A DNA stretch of 64,000 bases, from contig JAFMCL010000008.1 in the NCBI GenBank assembly GCA_017857815.1, positions 1,774 to 65,773 of the forward strand. Direction: 5' to 3'. The notes beneath the pieces were generated by a model, which did no database searches, had not been told where the DNA came from, and saw only the letters and a list, made by a program, of their open reading frames with translations. The position numbers and the translations under genes are program-made. The first letter of the stretch is position 1. The number at the start of each line of letters is the position of its first letter. Shown here one piece after another: positions 62,891-64,000 of the stretch. Source of the DNA: Flavobacteriaceae bacterium. GTDB taxonomy: Bacteria > Bacteroidota > Bacteroidia > Flavobacteriales > Flavobacteriaceae.

Positions 62891-63855
62891 TACCCGAGCT
62901 TGCGTCGGACCCTATGCAGTACATCATCAGCGACTTTGCTTGCTCTTACGGCTCCTTTGGCCAAAGCAACTTCTATCTCTTCGGGATGCGCATAATAGTA
63001 ATCGAATTTTTTTCTTTCGGTTTGAAATTTGTTTAAAATCAATTCGAAAAGCTCTTGTTTTGCATAACCATATCCCATGCCCCCCGCAAGGTATTTTTGC
63101 CTCAAGGTAGTTGCCTGATCAGGACTTGCCATCAATTTATAAATTCTAAAAATCGAGCAGGTATCAGGATCTTTTGGATCCTTAAGGGGAGTACTGTCCG
63201 TTTTAATTCCCATGATTTGTTTTCTCAACTTTTTTTCTGGAAGAAAAATATTGATCGTATTGTTCTTAGACTTACTCATTTTGTTGCCATCGGTTCCAGT
63301 AACGTACTGTGTCTCTTCTTGGATTTTAGCTTTGGGTAGAACAAAAGTTTCTCCCATCAGATGGTTAAAGCGGGAAGCTACATCTCGAGTCATTTCAAGG
63401 TGTTGCAGCTGATCTTTACCAACAGGAACAAGTTCCGCATCATAGATCAAAATATCTGCAGCCATCAACATCGGGTAGGAAAACAATCCAGCGTTTACGT
63501 CCTCAAGATGTTCAGCTTTATCTTTAAAAGAATGTGCCAAAGTCAGTCTTTGATAAGGAAAAAAACAACTTAAAAACCAAGAAAGTTCGGTTACCTGACT
63601 TACATCGCTTTGTCTGTAAAAAACAGTATTCTCGGGATTTAGCCCGCAAGCCAACCACACGGCGGCAGTAGCGAACGTATTGTCTCGCAGTGACTTACCG
63701 TCTTTGATTTGAGTAATCGAATGCAGATCGGCAATAAATAAAAAAGATTCTTCTTTATTGTTTTTAGTCATTGCTATTGCTGGAAGCACAGCACCCAAGA
63801 GGTTTCCCAAGTGAGGGGTTCCTGTTGATTGAACACCGGTTAATATTCTTGCCAT
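62887..63855 (-). CDS. trpS: Tryptophan--tRNA ligase
   Basis: MARILTGVQSTGTPHLGNLLG (HIGH-type) and GNKMSKSKNN (KMSKS). The start at 63855 lies downstream of the minus-strand -7 box, whereas the track start at 63906 lies upstream of that box. The stop overlaps the dprA stop. Confidence 0.95.
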   Translation of the reverse strand: MARILTGVQSTGTPHLGNLLGAVLPAIAMTKNNKEESFLFIADLHSITQIKDGKSLRDNTFATAAVWLACGLNPENTVFYRQSDVSQVTELSWFLSCFFPYQRLTLAHSFKDKAEHLEDVNAGLFSYPMLMAADILIYDAELVPVGKDQLQHLEMTRDVASRFNHLMGETFVLPKAKIQEETQYVTGTDGNKMSKSKNNTINIFLPEKKLRKQIMGIKTDSTPLKDPKDPDTCSIFRIYKLMASPDQATTLRQKYLAGGMGYGYAKQELFELILNKFQTERKKFDYYYAHPEEIEVALAKGAVRASKVADDVLHRVRRKLGY

Positions 63856-63876
63856 GGTTGGGAAATTGATTCCCTG

Positions 63877-63884
63877 CAAAGATA
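63877..63884 (-). promoter_or_regulatory. -7 promoter box (TATCTTTG on minus strand) for trpS
   Basis: Plus-strand caaagata, 22 nt upstream of the ATG at 63855. Confidence 0.5.
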
Positions 63885-63961
63885 TTTTATTTCCTCGTTT
63901 GGGCAAATTTTGACTGCACTGCTTGCTTTTGGAAGGTAAAAAATAATGTATTTTTACGCCT

Positions 63962-64000
63962 GTGAGAAAACTATTATTGAAAATTTGGCGGATTTGGTTT
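63962..64000 (+). CDS. Possible 5' end of an acyltransferase-like gene (partial; runs off the window)
   Basis: A GTG start gives VRKLLLKIWRIWF, open to the window end. It resembles the N-termini of PlsC-type acyltransferases. Only 13 codons are visible. Confidence 0.25.
   Translation, partial: MRKLLLKIWRIWF

Overview
This window looks like a core-genome segment of a low-GC Bacteroidota genome, most likely class Flavobacteriia. The evidence is TAnnTTTG -7 promoter boxes, an atpBEFHAG operon without atpDC, a SprE/PorW-like lipoprotein, GH3, DUF4254 and GT9 genes, and many lipoproteins. Genes are tightly packed, with many 1-4 nt start/stop overlaps and overlapping convergent stops.

I support about 64 protein-coding genes, mostly housekeeping:
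- Translation and RNA: rbfA, lepA, glnS, gltX, trpS, rnpA, ybeY, mnmG, dusB, rnr.
- Metabolism: pgk, purD, rpiB, folB, dut.
- Replication and secretion: holB, dprA, tatA.
- Energy: atpBEFHAG.

I also call one tRNA-Cys(GCA), one decayed alginate-lyase-family pseudogene, three intrinsic-terminator hairpins and about 20 candidate -7 promoter boxes. I see no CRISPR array, transposase, integrase, phage gene or recognisable defence system, and I cannot point to a convincing new system.

The items most worth a second look are:
1. A bactofilin gene translationally coupled between the sprE-like gene and atpZ, upstream of the ATP synthase genes.
2. A tight M23 peptidase / GH3 adenylating enzyme / degenerate methyltransferase / GT2 cluster.
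3. A USP gene overlapping a SulP transporter that carries an unrecognised C-terminal extension of about 200 aa.
4. A roughly 13% G+C intergenic tract, followed by a compositional step inside rnr.
5. Two copies of a 14-bp CACGTG-centred palindrome that bracket mnmG.
6. -7 boxes only 4-6 nt from start codons and from the tRNA 5' end, which suggests leaderless transcripts.
7. A Met/His-rich outer-membrane barrel cluster coupled to lepA.

All family assignments come from motif recognition by eye and memory. No database search was run.
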